Assembly (NCBI GenBank): GCA_045863235.1
Contig: BTUM01000021.1
Location: 1 to 64,000 of the forward strand
Length of the DNA stretch: 64,000 nucleotides
Direction of reading: 5' to 3'
Origin: Candidatus Xenobia bacterium
GTDB lineage: Bacteria; Vulcanimicrobiota; Xenobia; Xenobiales; QWHO01
Every line of letters begins with the position of its first letter. Position 1 is the stretch's first letter. Below are positions 47,009-56,927 of this stretch, piece by piece. The notes beneath the pieces are model-generated. The model saw only the letters and a program-made list of their open reading frames with translations, searched no databases and had not been told where the DNA came from. The position numbers were made by a program, and so were the translations under genes.

Positions 47009-47340
47009 TGAGCTACGTCCCCTCCGAAGGGGACTTCGTGATGCTGTCGTTCGATCCGCAGTCTGGCCATGAGCAAAAGGGATGTCGACCCGCGCTGGTC
47101 GTTAGCAATACGAAGTTCAACCGGCGGACGGGAATGGCCATCGTCTGCCCGATCACGAACACGGATCGAAGCTTCCCATTGCATCTGGCCGTGCCGTCCC
47201 AGAGCAAACTGACCGGCTTTGTGATGGCAGAGCAAGTCAAGTCGGTCGACTTCGCCAGCCGGAAGGCGACTTTCGTGGAAACGGCTCCAGCCGTGTTCTT
47301 GCAGGATGTGCGTGAAATCCTGGATGCTTGTCTTCATTGA
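47002..47340 (+). CDS. mazF: PemK/MazF endoribonuclease toxin
   Basis: FDPQSGHEQKGCRPALVVS, VCPIT, EQVKSVD. Confidence 0.95.
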   Translation: MVVSYVPSEGDFVMLSFDPQSGHEQKGCRPALVVSNTKFNRRTGMAIVCPITNTDRSFPLHLAVPSQSKLTGFVMAEQVKSVDFASRKATFVETAPAVFLQDVREILDACLH

Positions 47341-47430
47341 TGCGGGCGTTCGAGCGGGTTTTCCGTCAGCCCGAGCACCTGCATCTGTTCGAGGCCGCTC
47401 TGGCCTGGGACACCCCCGAGCCCCGTCACT

Positions 47431-49074
47431 TCAATATTCCGGAAACCAGGTGAAGGTCTTGATTGCCTCCTCCAGCTCCGGGTCGCTCAGGCTGCGCCCG
47501 AAACCCTCGTCACGGGCGGTCTGGGCCACCTTGAATGCGATCCGCTGACTGATCTCGCGCAGGTCGCGCAGCCGGGGGAACAGGCTGCTCCCCTGGGAAG
47601 CGGTGTACTCGGCCAGTGAACGGGCTGCGGCCAGGAACATCGAGTCGGTGACCCGGCTTGCTTCGCTGATCAACACCCCCAGCCCGATGCCGGGGAAGAC
47701 GTAAGCGTTGTTGCACTGTCCGATGACGTGCTCGATCCCCTCGTAAGTGACCGGGGCGAAGGGCGAGCCGGTGGCCACCAGGGCTCGTCCCTGCGTGTGG
47801 GTCAGGGCCTCCTGGGGGGTGCACTCGGCTTTGCTGGTAGGATTGCTCAGGGGGAAGATCAGCGGCCGCGGGCTGGCGGCGGCCATGGCCCGGAGGGCCG
47901 CCGGTGTGAAGTCTCCCGGATGGGCCGTGGTGCCGATCAGCACGGTGGGACGCACGGCCTGGATGATGCCCTCGAGGCTGACGGGCAGGGGAGTGAACAG
48001 CCCCACTTTCTGGTAATCCGAGATGGGCAGGGCCAGCTCTCGCTTGTGGGCCTCGAGGTCCTGGCGGGTCTCGCAGACCAGCCCTCTGGAATCGAGAAAG
48101 AGCAGCCGCCGCCGCGTCTCCGCCTCGTCCATTCCCTCGGCCAGCAGAGCCGCCCGCAGCAGCCCGCCGATGCCCGCCCCCGCCGCCCCCGCGCCAACGA
48201 GCAGGAATCTCTGCTCGCTCAGAGATTTTCCCTGCATCAAGACGCCTGTAAGGATTCCGGCCAGCGTGACCGCCGAGGTGCCCTGGATGTCGTCATTGAA
48301 GCTGGGCAGCCGCTGGGCGTAGCGGTGCAGCAGATTGAAGGCGTTGACCTTCTTGAAGTCCTCCCACTGCAACAAAGCCCCGGGGAAGACGTGGCGCACG
48401 GCCTGCACGAACTCCTCCACGAACGCGTCATAATCGGGACCGCGCAGCCGGGGGCCGCGATAACCGACATAGTAGGGGTCGTCGAGCAGGGCCTGGTTGT
48501 CCGTCCCCACATCCAGGCTGATGGGGAGGCAGAGGCGAGGGTGAATGCCGGCCCCGGCCGAGTAGAGGATCAGCTTGCCGATGGGGATGGCCATCCCACC
48601 CGCTCCCTGGTCTCCCAGGCCGAGGATGCGCTCGTTGTCGGTCACCACGATCAAGCGCACGTCGCGCTGGCGGAAGTTCTCGAGCCTCCGAGCGATCTCG
48701 CCGCGATCCTGGGGACACAAGAACAGGCCCCGGGGCCGGCGGAAGATGTGGCTGTACTTCTGGCAGGCCAGTCCCACGGTGGGCGTGTAGAGAATGGGCG
48801 TCAGGCTCTCGAGGTTCTCGATCAAGAGTCGGTAGAAGAGGGTTTCGTTGCGGTCGAGCAGGGCGATCAGGCCGATGTACTGTTCGAGCGGTTCGCTCTT
48901 GGAGAAGATGTGCTCGAACTCCATAGCCACCTGCTGCTCCAGGCTGAGCACAGAGGCAGGGAGCAGACCCTCCAACCCCAACTGACGCCGCTCCTCCATC
49001 GTGAAGGCGGCGTCCTTGTTTCGGGCCGGATCGCGCAGGAGTTGCTCGCCATCCGACCAGCGTGCTATGGGCAT
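47431..49074 (-). CDS. maeA: NAD-dependent malic enzyme
   Basis: YTPTVG, RILGLGDQG, LDVGTDN, QWEDF, FNDDIQGT, GAGAAG, LSNPT, ATGSPF. Confidence 0.93.
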   Translation of the reverse strand: MPIARWSDGEQLLRDPARNKDAAFTMEERRQLGLEGLLPASVLSLEQQVAMEFEHIFSKSEPLEQYIGLIALLDRNETLFYRLLIENLESLTPILYTPTVGLACQKYSHIFRRPRGLFLCPQDRGEIARRLENFRQRDVRLIVVTDNERILGLGDQGAGGMAIPIGKLILYSAGAGIHPRLCLPISLDVGTDNQALLDDPYYVGYRGPRLRGPDYDAFVEEFVQAVRHVFPGALLQWEDFKKVNAFNLLHRYAQRLPSFNDDIQGTSAVTLAGILTGVLMQGKSLSEQRFLLVGAGAAGAGIGGLLRAALLAEGMDEAETRRRLLFLDSRGLVCETRQDLEAHKRELALPISDYQKVGLFTPLPVSLEGIIQAVRPTVLIGTTAHPGDFTPAALRAMAAASPRPLIFPLSNPTSKAECTPQEALTHTQGRALVATGSPFAPVTYEGIEHVIGQCNNAYVFPGIGLGVLISEASRVTDSMFLAAARSLAEYTASQGSSLFPRLRDLREISQRIAFKVAQTARDEGFGRSLSDPELEEAIKTFTWFPEY

Positions 49075-49173
49075 TGTCTGATTCCTGGGAGCGAGATCAC
49101 AAGGAGCTTTCTCATGGGCCCACTCTACCCTGGCGGTCAGGGCCGGGCGATGATCTCGGTCAGTTGGAAGGCC

Positions 49174-49359
49174 TTAATCCAGGGTCGTCTCCAGAATGGT
49201 CTGCTGGTCGAGCAACACCACCCCGTTCTTGAGGATCTGGGCCGGCTCGGCTTCGCCGGACTTGTGGTCGGTGACGGCTCGATCGAGCGCGCGCTCGATG
49301 CTGGGAAAGGTGAGCTCGTCGATGATACCCTTACGGGTGAACTTGTAGACTACGGCCAA
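49174..49359 (-). CDS. Small hypothetical protein, 61 aa
   Basis: GAGGTG SD before TTG 49359; protein-like composition. Confidence 0.55.
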   Translation of the reverse strand: MAVVYKFTRKGIIDELTFPSIERALDRAVTDHKSGEAEPAQILKNGVVLLDQQTILETTLD

Positions 49360-49386
49360 AGTTCTCTGCACCTCGCTCTGGTTCTA

Positions 49387-49401
49387 TTGAATGACATTCA
49401 A
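49387..49401. promoter_or_regulatory. Perfect 7-1-7 palindrome, candidate operator
   Basis: TTGAATG-A-CATTCAA in the divergent gap between the small ORF and ALDH. Confidence 0.6.
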
Positions 49402-49502
49402 CCTCGCAGGGTCGATTCCTGCGTTTGGAGGGTCGCTTCCCGGAGCTGACGAAAAGGCCCACCGATTCACGCGATTTGACCAGCGGAAGGCGAGGTAACG
49501 GC

Positions 49503-51002
49503 ATGTCACTGGCTTCTCCCCCTACCCATCAGTTCAAGAGCTACATCGGCGGCGAATGGCACGACCCGGGCGAGGGCAGTCGGTCGGTCCCCAACCTCAA
49601 TCCCGCCACCGGTGAGACGTTGGGCGAGGTGCTCCTGGCCAGCCGGGAGGACACCCGTCGGGCCATCGAGTTGGCCCACGAGGCATTCGAGCAGTGGCGG
49701 GCTGTGCCGTCTCCCAAGCGGGGCGACTACCTCTTCAGGGTGGTGCGTTTGCTGGAGGCTCGGCGCGAGGAGTTGGCCCGGGCGCTGACGATGGAAGAGG
49801 GCAAGGTGATCACCGAGGCCCGCGGCGAGGTGCAGAAGGCCATCAACGCGGTCGAGTTTGCCGCCGGCGAGGGGCGCCGATTGGGCGGCCACACGGTCGA
49901 CTCTGAGCTGCCCAACAATTTTTGCTACACGATGCGCCAGCCGCTGGGGGTGGTGGGCATCATCACGCCCTGGAACTTCCCGGTGGCCATCCCACTGTGG
50001 AAGATGGCGCCCTGCCTGGTGTGCGGGAATACCATCGTGTTCAAGCCGGCCACCAACACCCCCTGGACTGCCTGCCTGATGATGGAGGTGCTGCACGAGG
50101 CGGGCCTGCCTCCGGGCGTGGTCAACATGGTGCTCGGCCCGGGCAGCGCCGTGGGCGACGAGATCGTTACCAATCCGAAGATTCGCGCCATTTCCTTCAC
50201 GGGCAGCACGGGCGTGGGCATGGACATCAACCGCCGCGGAGCCGAGCGGGGCATCAAGATTCAGTGCGAGATGGGCGGCAAGAATCCCATCATCGTGATG
50301 GAGGACGCCGACCTCGACCTGGCCGTGGAGGCCACCGTACAGGGTGCTTTCGGGTCTACCGGGCAGCGCTGCACGGCCACCTCGCGGGCCATCGTGGTGG
50401 ACGAGGTGGCCGATTCTTTCGTCGAGAAGCTGGTGGCCCGCGCCAGGAAGCTGGTGGTGGGCAACGGCCTGAACGCTCATTCCGATCTCGGTCCCAGCGT
50501 GGATCAGTCCCAGTTGGAGACGGTGCTGGAGTACATCGAGATCGGCAAGAAGGAAGGCTGCAAGCTGCTGCTCGGCGGTCACCGCCTGCAAGACGCCGAG
50601 CACAGCAGCGGATTCTTCGTGGAGCCCACCATTTTCGATCAGGTCACGCCCACCCACCGACTGGCTCTGGAGGAGATCTTCGGGCCGGTGCTCTCGGTGA
50701 TCCGCGTGAAGGACTTCGACCAGGCCATCGAGGTGGCCAACAGCGTCGAGTTCGGGCTCAGCTCCTCGCTCTACACCCGCGACATCAATCGGGTCTTCCG
50801 CTACCTCGATCGCATTGAAACCGGCATCACCCACATCAATTCGCCCACCATGGGGGGCGAGGCTCACATGCCCTTCGGCGGGCTCAAAAACACCGGGTTG
50901 GGTGGGCGCGAGCAGGGCCGCGAGGCGATCGAGTTCTACACCGAGATCAAGTCGGTCTACATCGATTACACCGGCGAGAAGCGCACTTCAAAGGTTTACT
51001 GA
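49503..51002 (+). CDS. Aldehyde dehydrogenase (alpha-ketoglutaric semialdehyde dehydrogenase-like)
   Basis: ITPWNFP, FTGST, EMGGKNP, GQRCTA, EEIFGPV, PFGG. Confidence 0.93.
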   Translation: MSLASPPTHQFKSYIGGEWHDPGEGSRSVPNLNPATGETLGEVLLASREDTRRAIELAHEAFEQWRAVPSPKRGDYLFRVVRLLEARREELARALTMEEGKVITEARGEVQKAINAVEFAAGEGRRLGGHTVDSELPNNFCYTMRQPLGVVGIITPWNFPVAIPLWKMAPCLVCGNTIVFKPATNTPWTACLMMEVLHEAGLPPGVVNMVLGPGSAVGDEIVTNPKIRAISFTGSTGVGMDINRRGAERGIKIQCEMGGKNPIIVMEDADLDLAVEATVQGAFGSTGQRCTATSRAIVVDEVADSFVEKLVARARKLVVGNGLNAHSDLGPSVDQSQLETVLEYIEIGKKEGCKLLLGGHRLQDAEHSSGFFVEPTIFDQVTPTHRLALEEIFGPVLSVIRVKDFDQAIEVANSVEFGLSSSLYTRDINRVFRYLDRIETGITHINSPTMGGEAHMPFGGLKNTGLGGREQGREAIEFYTEIKSVYIDYTGEKRTSKVY

Positions 51003-51009
51003 AGACTCC

Positions 51010-51768
51010 ATGAAGTGGCTGGAATCCCCCCTCGAGCTCAGGGCCACCACCTCGGTGCTGCTCGGCTGTCTGGCCGCCTGGATGCTGGTCACGCTGGGGG
51101 TCGACTCGCTGCTTCGGGCCCTGGTGAGCGGGCTGGTGGCCGGGCTTTTTGCGGCCCTGGGCGCCGGCCGGTTGCCGGCCGGTTGGGGGCTCTTCTCGGC
51201 CGGCTGCGCCCTGGTGCTCTGCTCTCGCCTGCAACCCCTCTGGCTGGGGGACGGCTGGCTGAATGGGGCTACCTGGATGCTGGCCGCCATCGTGGGCTGG
51301 CTGATCAGTGGCTGGGCGGTGGATCAGATCTACCTGTGGGTCGATCCCTCCTCGGCCGAGCCCCCGGTGCCTGCCGAAGGCTCGCGCGGCCTGCTGGGCC
51401 TGGGCTGGATGGCGGTAGGAACGGCCCTGTGGCTTTTGATCCTGTTCCCGTCCTCGGCGGTGCTGGCGGTGCCGTTCAGCTTCCTGCTGGCCATGCGCTC
51501 GGTCTCCCGCTTCCGGCTGGCGCACCCGGGCTGGGCCGCTTGCGGCGCCCTGGTGGGGCTGCTGCTGGCCTTCCTGGCCCCGACCCAGGTGCTCTTTTCG
51601 CGACCTGACCTGAGTCTCTACCAGGCCTACCCCAAGGGGATGACCCCCGTCTACCCCTACGACCTGGCTTTCCTGCCCCCGCCCGACCCCTGGTTGCTGG
51701 GGGGGCTCTTGCTGACCGGCAGCGTGGCCGGGTTCTGGTGCGCCCGCTGGCGTCTGGAGAGCCGTTGA
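51010..51768 (+). CDS. Polytopic membrane protein of unknown function
   Basis: Multiple Leu/Gly/Trp-rich hydrophobic helices; operonic between ALDH and the regulator. Confidence 0.65.
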   Translation: MKWLESPLELRATTSVLLGCLAAWMLVTLGVDSLLRALVSGLVAGLFAALGAGRLPAGWGLFSAGCALVLCSRLQPLWLGDGWLNGATWMLAAIVGWLISGWAVDQIYLWVDPSSAEPPVPAEGSRGLLGLGWMAVGTALWLLILFPSSAVLAVPFSFLLAMRSVSRFRLAHPGWAACGALVGLLLAFLAPTQVLFSRPDLSLYQAYPKGMTPVYPYDLAFLPPPDPWLLGGLLLTGSVAGFWCARWRLESR

Positions 51769-52685
51769 GTCCGGCCCGCAAGCCCTCGCGCTCGGAGAGC
51801 ATCCGCCCCCTGAGCCCGGCCATGGAAGACTACCTCAAGACGATCTACGCCCTCGAGCAAGAGCACGGCAGCGTCACAACCCAGCTCCTGGCTGACTGGC
51901 AGGGCGTCACCCCGGCTTCGGTGACCAACATGCTCAAGCGCCTTTCCGAGCAGCGGCTGGTGCACTACACCCGCTACAAAGGGGTTGAGCTCACCGAGAG
52001 CGGCCGCAAGGTGGCAGTGGAGATGGTGCGTCACCATCGCCTGCTCGAGCTCTACCTCAACCAGGCGCTGGGCTTTTCTTGGGACGAGGTGCACGCCGAG
52101 GCCGAGCGCCTGGAGCACTTCATCTCCGAGAAGCTGGAAGAGCGAATCGACGCCGCCCTGGGCTATCCCAAGATGGATCCGCACGGCTCGCCCATCCCCG
52201 CCCTGGATGGCACCATCACCGAGCAGCCGGGTCAGGCCCTGAGCCAGCTCGACTCGAGCCAGCGCCAGGTGGTGCTGCGGGTGGCCGACGAGGACGCCGG
52301 AGTGCTGCGCCGTTTTGCCGAGGTGGGCCTGTGGCCCGGGGTGACGCTGGAGGTGCTCGGTCGCACGCCCCGCTCTCGCAAGCTGCGCGTGGGCATGCGC
52401 GAGCTGGAGCTGGAGGAGTCTTTATGCGCCGGCGTTTACGTTCAGGATGCCCTGCGCGACTGCGGGGTGCGCCTTTCGGCCGACCAGCTGCCGGCCGGCA
52501 AGGCGGGACAGGTTTTCCGGCTGCGGGCCGGAGGTGAGCGCCTCAAGCGCCTGCGGGGGCTGGGTCTTGAGCACGGGCGCAAGCTGCGCGGTCAGGGTGG
52601 CAGCGAGCGGCTCAGCTTTACGACGGAGGCGGGGGAGGTAGAGATATCTCGCGACGAGGCTCGCTGCGTTCTGGTGGAGGTGTAG
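51765..52685 (+). CDS. mntR: DtxR/MntR metal-dependent regulator with two FeoA-like domains
   Basis: MEDYLKTIY, RHHRLLELYL, EVHAEAERLEH, DPHGSPIP; TTGA overlap start. Confidence 0.88.
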   Translation: MSPARKPSRSESIRPLSPAMEDYLKTIYALEQEHGSVTTQLLADWQGVTPASVTNMLKRLSEQRLVHYTRYKGVELTESGRKVAVEMVRHHRLLELYLNQALGFSWDEVHAEAERLEHFISEKLEERIDAALGYPKMDPHGSPIPALDGTITEQPGQALSQLDSSQRQVVLRVADEDAGVLRRFAEVGLWPGVTLEVLGRTPRSRKLRVGMRELELEESLCAGVYVQDALRDCGVRLSADQLPAGKAGQVFRLRAGGERLKRLRGLGLEHGRKLRGQGGSERLSFTTEAGEVEISRDEARCVLVEV

Positions 52686-53040
52686 CCGCGGCCGGGTTGA
52701 GCCGCTTGGAGGTCTTCCAGGCGTCCACGATGGCCAGCAGCCAGATGCCCAGGCACAGACCGATCAGCAAGAGCCCGGGACCGATGGCGGTGATAGGGTC
52801 AGGCTGGTCGCTGTAGCCGGGGTCGGCCAGGGACACGATGCCGCTGTAGACGATGTAGAACCCCCGCGCCAGGTAGATCACCCCCGCGATCAGCGTGACG
52901 AGCGCGCCGCCCAGGAAGAACCCACCCTTGACGTATTGCCGGTTGTAGAACTGGCCGGCCCCCGGGAAGATCTTGGAGAGCAGCGCCGCCTTGAGCTGCG
53001 GCGTAAGCCAGTTCTTGGGCTTGGGGGTCTCATCGGACAT
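52618..53040 (-). CDS. Small membrane protein (DUF5683/TM2-like)
   Basis: AALLS.IFPGAGQFYN..YVKG motif and two TMs ending AIVDAW. Confidence 0.7.
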   Translation of the reverse strand: MSDETPKPKNWLTPQLKAALLSKIFPGAGQFYNRQYVKGGFFLGGALVTLIAGVIYLARGFYIVYSGIVSLADPGYSDQPDPITAIGPGLLLIGLCLGIWLLAIVDAWKTSKRLNPAAATPPPERSEPRREISLPPPPPS

Positions 53041-53854
53041 CCATGCTTGATTCCGGCCTCCGGCCTGGATGCCCTTTCGGGTGTCCCAGCTCCGCCACCA
53101 CCGGGCTGTGGTCGCTGGTAGAGAACTCGGGCCCGCGGGCCACCCGGGCGTTGAGCAGGCAGTCGGCCAGCGGCTGGTTGAGCAGGATGTGATCCAGCGC
53201 CATGGTTCGTCCCCGGTGATGGAAGGTGTGTCGTTCGCTCTGCCCGCTCAGGGGGTCGTGCAGCCTTTGAAACAAGGGGCGCAGGGCCCAGGAGTCGGGC
53301 TCGTCGTTCAGGTCGCCCAGCACGGCCACGGGCCGATCCCCCAACTCGCCCACGAGCTTCAGGACACGCTCGGCCTGCTCGCGCCGTCGCTGGTCGAAAC
53401 GGTGCCCCTGGCGCAGACGGGAGGTGAAGTGGTTGCACAGCAAGACCAGGGGCAGCGGGCTCTCGACCTGGACCTCGAGACAGGGACGGGCCCAGAGCGG
53501 GTCATCGTGGACGCGATAGCCCCGAAGTGGCACGCGGGAGAGGAGGGCCACGTCGATGCCGCGCGGATCGTGGCCTTCCACCAGGAGGGCCGTCTCGTAG
53601 CCCGCTTTGAGGGCCACCTGCTCGAGCAGGGCCTGATCCTCCACCTCCTCCAGGGCCACCAGGTCGGCCTGCAGGGCGGAGACTCCTCGGGCGACCTCCA
53701 TTACCTTGCGCTCTTCGTGGGGGCCGTGCAGCAGGTTGTGCACGTTCCAGGTGGCCAGGCGCAGCACGGGAGGGCCCTGGGCTCTGCCCGGACGCGGCGC
53801 GACCGGCGCCGGGGCGCAGGCCAGCAGGAGCAGCAGGCAGAGAAACGCTCTCAG
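53030..53854 (-). CDS. Endonuclease/exonuclease/phosphatase-family lipoprotein
   Basis: ATWNVHNL, ALEEVE, GDLND, LDHIL, SDHSP; lipobox LLLAC; start inferred as CTG overlapping the upstream stop. Confidence 0.85.
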   Translation of the reverse strand: MRAFLCLLLLLACAPAPVAPRPGRAQGPPVLRLATWNVHNLLHGPHEERKVMEVARGVSALQADLVALEEVEDQALLEQVALKAGYETALLVEGHDPRGIDVALLSRVPLRGYRVHDDPLWARPCLEVQVESPLPLVLLCNHFTSRLRQGHRFDQRRREQAERVLKLVGELGDRPVAVLGDLNDEPDSWALRPLFQRLHDPLSGQSERHTFHHRGRTMALDHILLNQPLADCLLNARVARGPEFSTSDHSPVVAELGHPKGHPGRRPESSMDVR

Positions 53855-54309
53855 GGAGAGGGGAAGATGGGAGGCTCCATGACTGCCGGGGTCTCCTGAC
53901 CCCAGCGTCGGCGCTGGGCCACCGGACCCACCTCGCCGCTCGTATCGCTCGCGCCTCCCAGCGCGGCACGCTGCTCGATGCGGAGCAGCATGCTGAGGCG
54001 CTCGCTGCGCGCCTGCACGAAGAAAACCAGGTCCTGGAACTCGCCCAGCGAGCCTGGAGGCCACTGGCTGAGGCGATGGTGGATCTCCTCGCCCAGGATG
54101 TAGAGCTCATCGGCTGCCTCGCTCAGCACCGAGGCCCGGCCTTCGCCCTCGGCGCCCGAGCCAGGGTTTTGCTCCAGCAGCTCGTGCATCTTGGCGGCCC
54201 TGTCGCGCAACTGGCCGGCCACTTTGCGCACGCCCAGCGACTCGGCATATTCGGCCAATCGCCGGTACTGCCGCTCGGCCTCCAGGGCGAAGTTGCGCAG
54301 ACCGTCCAC
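53851..54309 (-). CDS. Helical hypothetical protein
   Basis: GAGG before GTG; operonic after phoH; GC3 bias. Confidence 0.65.
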   Translation of the reverse strand: MDGLRNFALEAERQYRRLAEYAESLGVRKVAGQLRDRAAKMHELLEQNPGSGAEGEGRASVLSEAADELYILGEEIHHRLSQWPPGSLGEFQDLVFFVQARSERLSMLLRIEQRAALGGASDTSGEVGPVAQRRRWGQETPAVMEPPIFPSP

Positions 54310-54316
54310 GACGACC

Positions 54317-55675
54317 TCAGTTCTCCATCAAGGTGGAGGCCAGCTCGGCCAGAGGTGAGCGTTCACCCTTGGAGAGGGTGATGTGGGCGGCGATGGACTG
54401 CTCCTTGAACTTCTCAACCACGTGGGTCAACCCGTTGGAGGTGGAGTCGAGGTAAGGATGGTCAATCTGGTAGGGATCCCCCGTGAAGATCAGCTTGGTG
54501 CCCTCGCCCGCCCTGGTGATGATGGTCTTGACCTCGTGGGGAGTCAGGTTCTGGGCCTCATCCACCACGATGAACTGCTGCGGCAGGCTGCGGCCGCGGA
54601 TGTAGGTGAGGGCGCGGATGTCGAGCACGTTGGAGTCGAGCAGATAGTCGAGTCGCCCCGCCCCTCCGCCCTTGCGGCCGGTGCCACCGCCGCTGTGCTC
54701 GTTGAGCAAGAACTCGAGGTTGTCCATGATCGGTTGCATCCAGGGAGAGAGCTTCTCCTGCTCGGTGCCTGGTAGAAAGCCGATGTCGCGGCCCATGGGG
54801 ATGACCGGGCGGTAGATGGACAGCTTGCGGTAGGTCTTCTCGTTGACCACCTTTTGCAGGCCGGCGGCGATGGCCAGGATGGTCTTGCCGGTGCCGGCCT
54901 TGCCGCTCAGGGTGATGAGCTGGATCTCGTCGTCGAGCAGGATCTCGAAGGCATAACGTTGCTCGCGGTTGAGCGGCCGGATGCCCCACACGTCGTAGCG
55001 AAGCTCGCGCAGCAACACCAGGGCGCGTCGGTCGGAGTCATAGCGCGTCAGAGCGGTGACCGAGGCCGAGCTGGTGGACTTGAGCATGAGGAACTGGTTG
55101 GGAGCGAGCTGCTGGCCATTCAGCTTCAGGCCGTCCAGAGAGACCTCGCGCTCCTCGTAGACCTGGTCGATGACCTCGGGGGCCACGGTCAGCTCACCCT
55201 GGCCGCTGTAGAGCTCGGCGATGTCGATGATCTGGTCGGCGCGATAATCCTCCGAGGCCAGCCCCAGGGCCTCGGCCTTGACCCGCATGTTGATGTCCTT
55301 GCTGACCAGGATGACCTTCTTTTTGGGGTTCTTGTTCTTGATGCCCACGGCCGAGGCCAGGATCAGGTTGTCGTTGGTGGTGGGCAGGCCCAACGCCCCT
55401 AACTCGCCCACGGTGTGGGTGATGTCGACCGTCAGCGTGCCGCCGTTGTCGAGCTTGACGCCCTTGCTGACCGGGCCCTGGTGGCTGACGTCGTCGAGGA
55501 ACTTGATCACCACGCGGGCGTTGCGGTTGAGCTCCATCGAGCCCTTTTTGAACTGGTCGAGCTCATCCAGGACCACGATGGGGATGACCACCTGATTGTC
55601 GCCGAAGCTGAACAGGGAGTCAGGCCGGTGCAGCAGCACGCTGGTATCGAGAAGGTAGATCTTGCGGGTGGACAT
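54317..55675 (-). CDS. phoH: PIN-PhoH (PhoH2) ATPase
   Basis: PIN motifs LLDTSVLL, ELD, NDNLIL, SKDINMR; PhoH motifs GKAGTGKT, YIRGRSL, DEAQN, GDPYQID. Confidence 0.92.
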   Translation of the reverse strand: MSTRKIYLLDTSVLLHRPDSLFSFGDNQVVIPIVVLDELDQFKKGSMELNRNARVVIKFLDDVSHQGPVSKGVKLDNGGTLTVDITHTVGELGALGLPTTNDNLILASAVGIKNKNPKKKVILVSKDINMRVKAEALGLASEDYRADQIIDIAELYSGQGELTVAPEVIDQVYEEREVSLDGLKLNGQQLAPNQFLMLKSTSSASVTALTRYDSDRRALVLLRELRYDVWGIRPLNREQRYAFEILLDDEIQLITLSGKAGTGKTILAIAAGLQKVVNEKTYRKLSIYRPVIPMGRDIGFLPGTEQEKLSPWMQPIMDNLEFLLNEHSGGGTGRKGGGAGRLDYLLDSNVLDIRALTYIRGRSLPQQFIVVDEAQNLTPHEVKTIITRAGEGTKLIFTGDPYQIDHPYLDSTSNGLTHVVEKFKEQSIAAHITLSKGERSPLAELASTLMEN

Positions 55676-55854
55676 GGGGAAAGTCCATTCCCTGGCGCGG
55701 GCTCATCCCCTGCAGCAAAAAACCGCGCAAATGTTCGCTTTCAGGCCGAGATGGCGCCCTGACGGGAAGAATTTTTTTCTATTTTGTCAGAGACCGGCCT
55801 GGACTGGCCCGGTTGCACGTTGCGTCGTTGCAGGCGCCCCGTCCGGGGGGCTTG

Positions 55855-56892
55855 TCAAGCGCGGGCGGGGGCGCTCAGGTTGGCCTTGTAGAACTCGAGG
55901 TACTTCAACACTTCGAAGCGACTGCCGATGACCAGGGGAACCTTCTGATGCAGGGCGGTGGGCTGGATATCCAGGATCCGGTCGGCTCCCGTGGTGGCCA
56001 GCCCCCCGGCGTGCTCCACCAGGTAGGCCAGCGGGTTGGCCTCGTAGAGCAAGCGCAGCTTGGGTTTCGGCTTGTCGGGGTTGCGGCGGTCGGCAGGGTA
56101 CAAGAAGATGCCGCCGTCGAGCAGGTTGCGGTGGAAGTCGGCCACCAGCGACCCGATGTAGCGCAGCGAGTAGGGGCGCTTGGTGGAGGGGTCGTCCTCC
56201 TTGAGCCAGGCGATGAAGTTCCGGGTGCCCTCGTCCCAGTGGTTGGAGTTGCCCTCGTTGATGCTGTAGACCTTGCCCTTCTCAGGGGTCTGGATGTTCT
56301 CGTGGGAGAGCAAGAACTCGCCTACGCTGGGGTCGAGGGTGAAGCCGTGAACCCCTTGCCCGGCCGAGTAGACGAAGATGGTGGAGGAGCCGTAGACCAC
56401 ATAGCCCGCCGCCACCTGCTCGGTGCCCTTCTGGAGCACATCCTCCAGGGTGCCGTCACCACCACTCGTTTTGCGGCGCAGAATGGAGAAAATGGTGCCG
56501 ATGGAGACGTTCTTGTCGATGTTGCTGGAGCCGTCGAGTGGGTCGAAAACCAGGATGTACTTCCCTTTTTCGAACTGGGGAGGGATGGGGATGATATCTT
56601 CTGACTCTTCCGAGGCCATGCAGCACAGGTGTCCCCCGTGGTCCATGGCCTTGAAGATGCGGTCCTGGGCGAAGGCGTCCAGCTTCTGGACATGCTCGCC
56701 GTGAACGTTCTCGTCGCCGGTGCCGCCCAGGATCTCGACCAGCCCGGCCTTGTTGACCTCGCGCGAGATGATCTTGATGGCCAATATCAGGTCCCAGAGG
56801 AGGCGGGTGAAGTCGCCGGTGGCGTCAGGGTGGCTTCCCTGCTCTTCCATGATGTGGCGCTGGATGGTGACGAGTTTTGGTATCTGCAGCAT
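55855..56892 (-). CDS. fbp: Fructose-1,6-bisphosphatase class I
   Basis: [43 protein letters not shown]. Confidence 0.96.
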   Translation of the reverse strand: MLQIPKLVTIQRHIMEEQGSHPDATGDFTRLLWDLILAIKIISREVNKAGLVEILGGTGDENVHGEHVQKLDAFAQDRIFKAMDHGGHLCCMASEESEDIIPIPPQFEKGKYILVFDPLDGSSNIDKNVSIGTIFSILRRKTSGGDGTLEDVLQKGTEQVAAGYVVYGSSTIFVYSAGQGVHGFTLDPSVGEFLLSHENIQTPEKGKVYSINEGNSNHWDEGTRNFIAWLKEDDPSTKRPYSLRYIGSLVADFHRNLLDGGIFLYPADRRNPDKPKPKLRLLYEANPLAYLVEHAGGLATTGADRILDIQPTALHQKVPLVIGSRFEVLKYLEFYKANLSAPARA

Positions 56893-56927
56893 GGCGTTGG
56901 CCTTCGTTTTGGGACCGTCGGGGCCCT

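Noticed and set aside
49065..49127. Possible leaderless 16-aa uORF (MRKLLVISLPGIRQCP) overlapping the malic enzyme start
   Set aside because: Supported only by a TAGAGT-N6-ATG spacing; no attenuator structure or informative codon run.
296..49449. Long antisense ORFs such as 296..1498, 7050..8627, 16528..18312, 19308..20987, 38315..40060 and 47728..49449
   Set aside because: They lie opposite well-supported genes, have no motifs, and are the usual stop-poor shadow frames of high-GC DNA.
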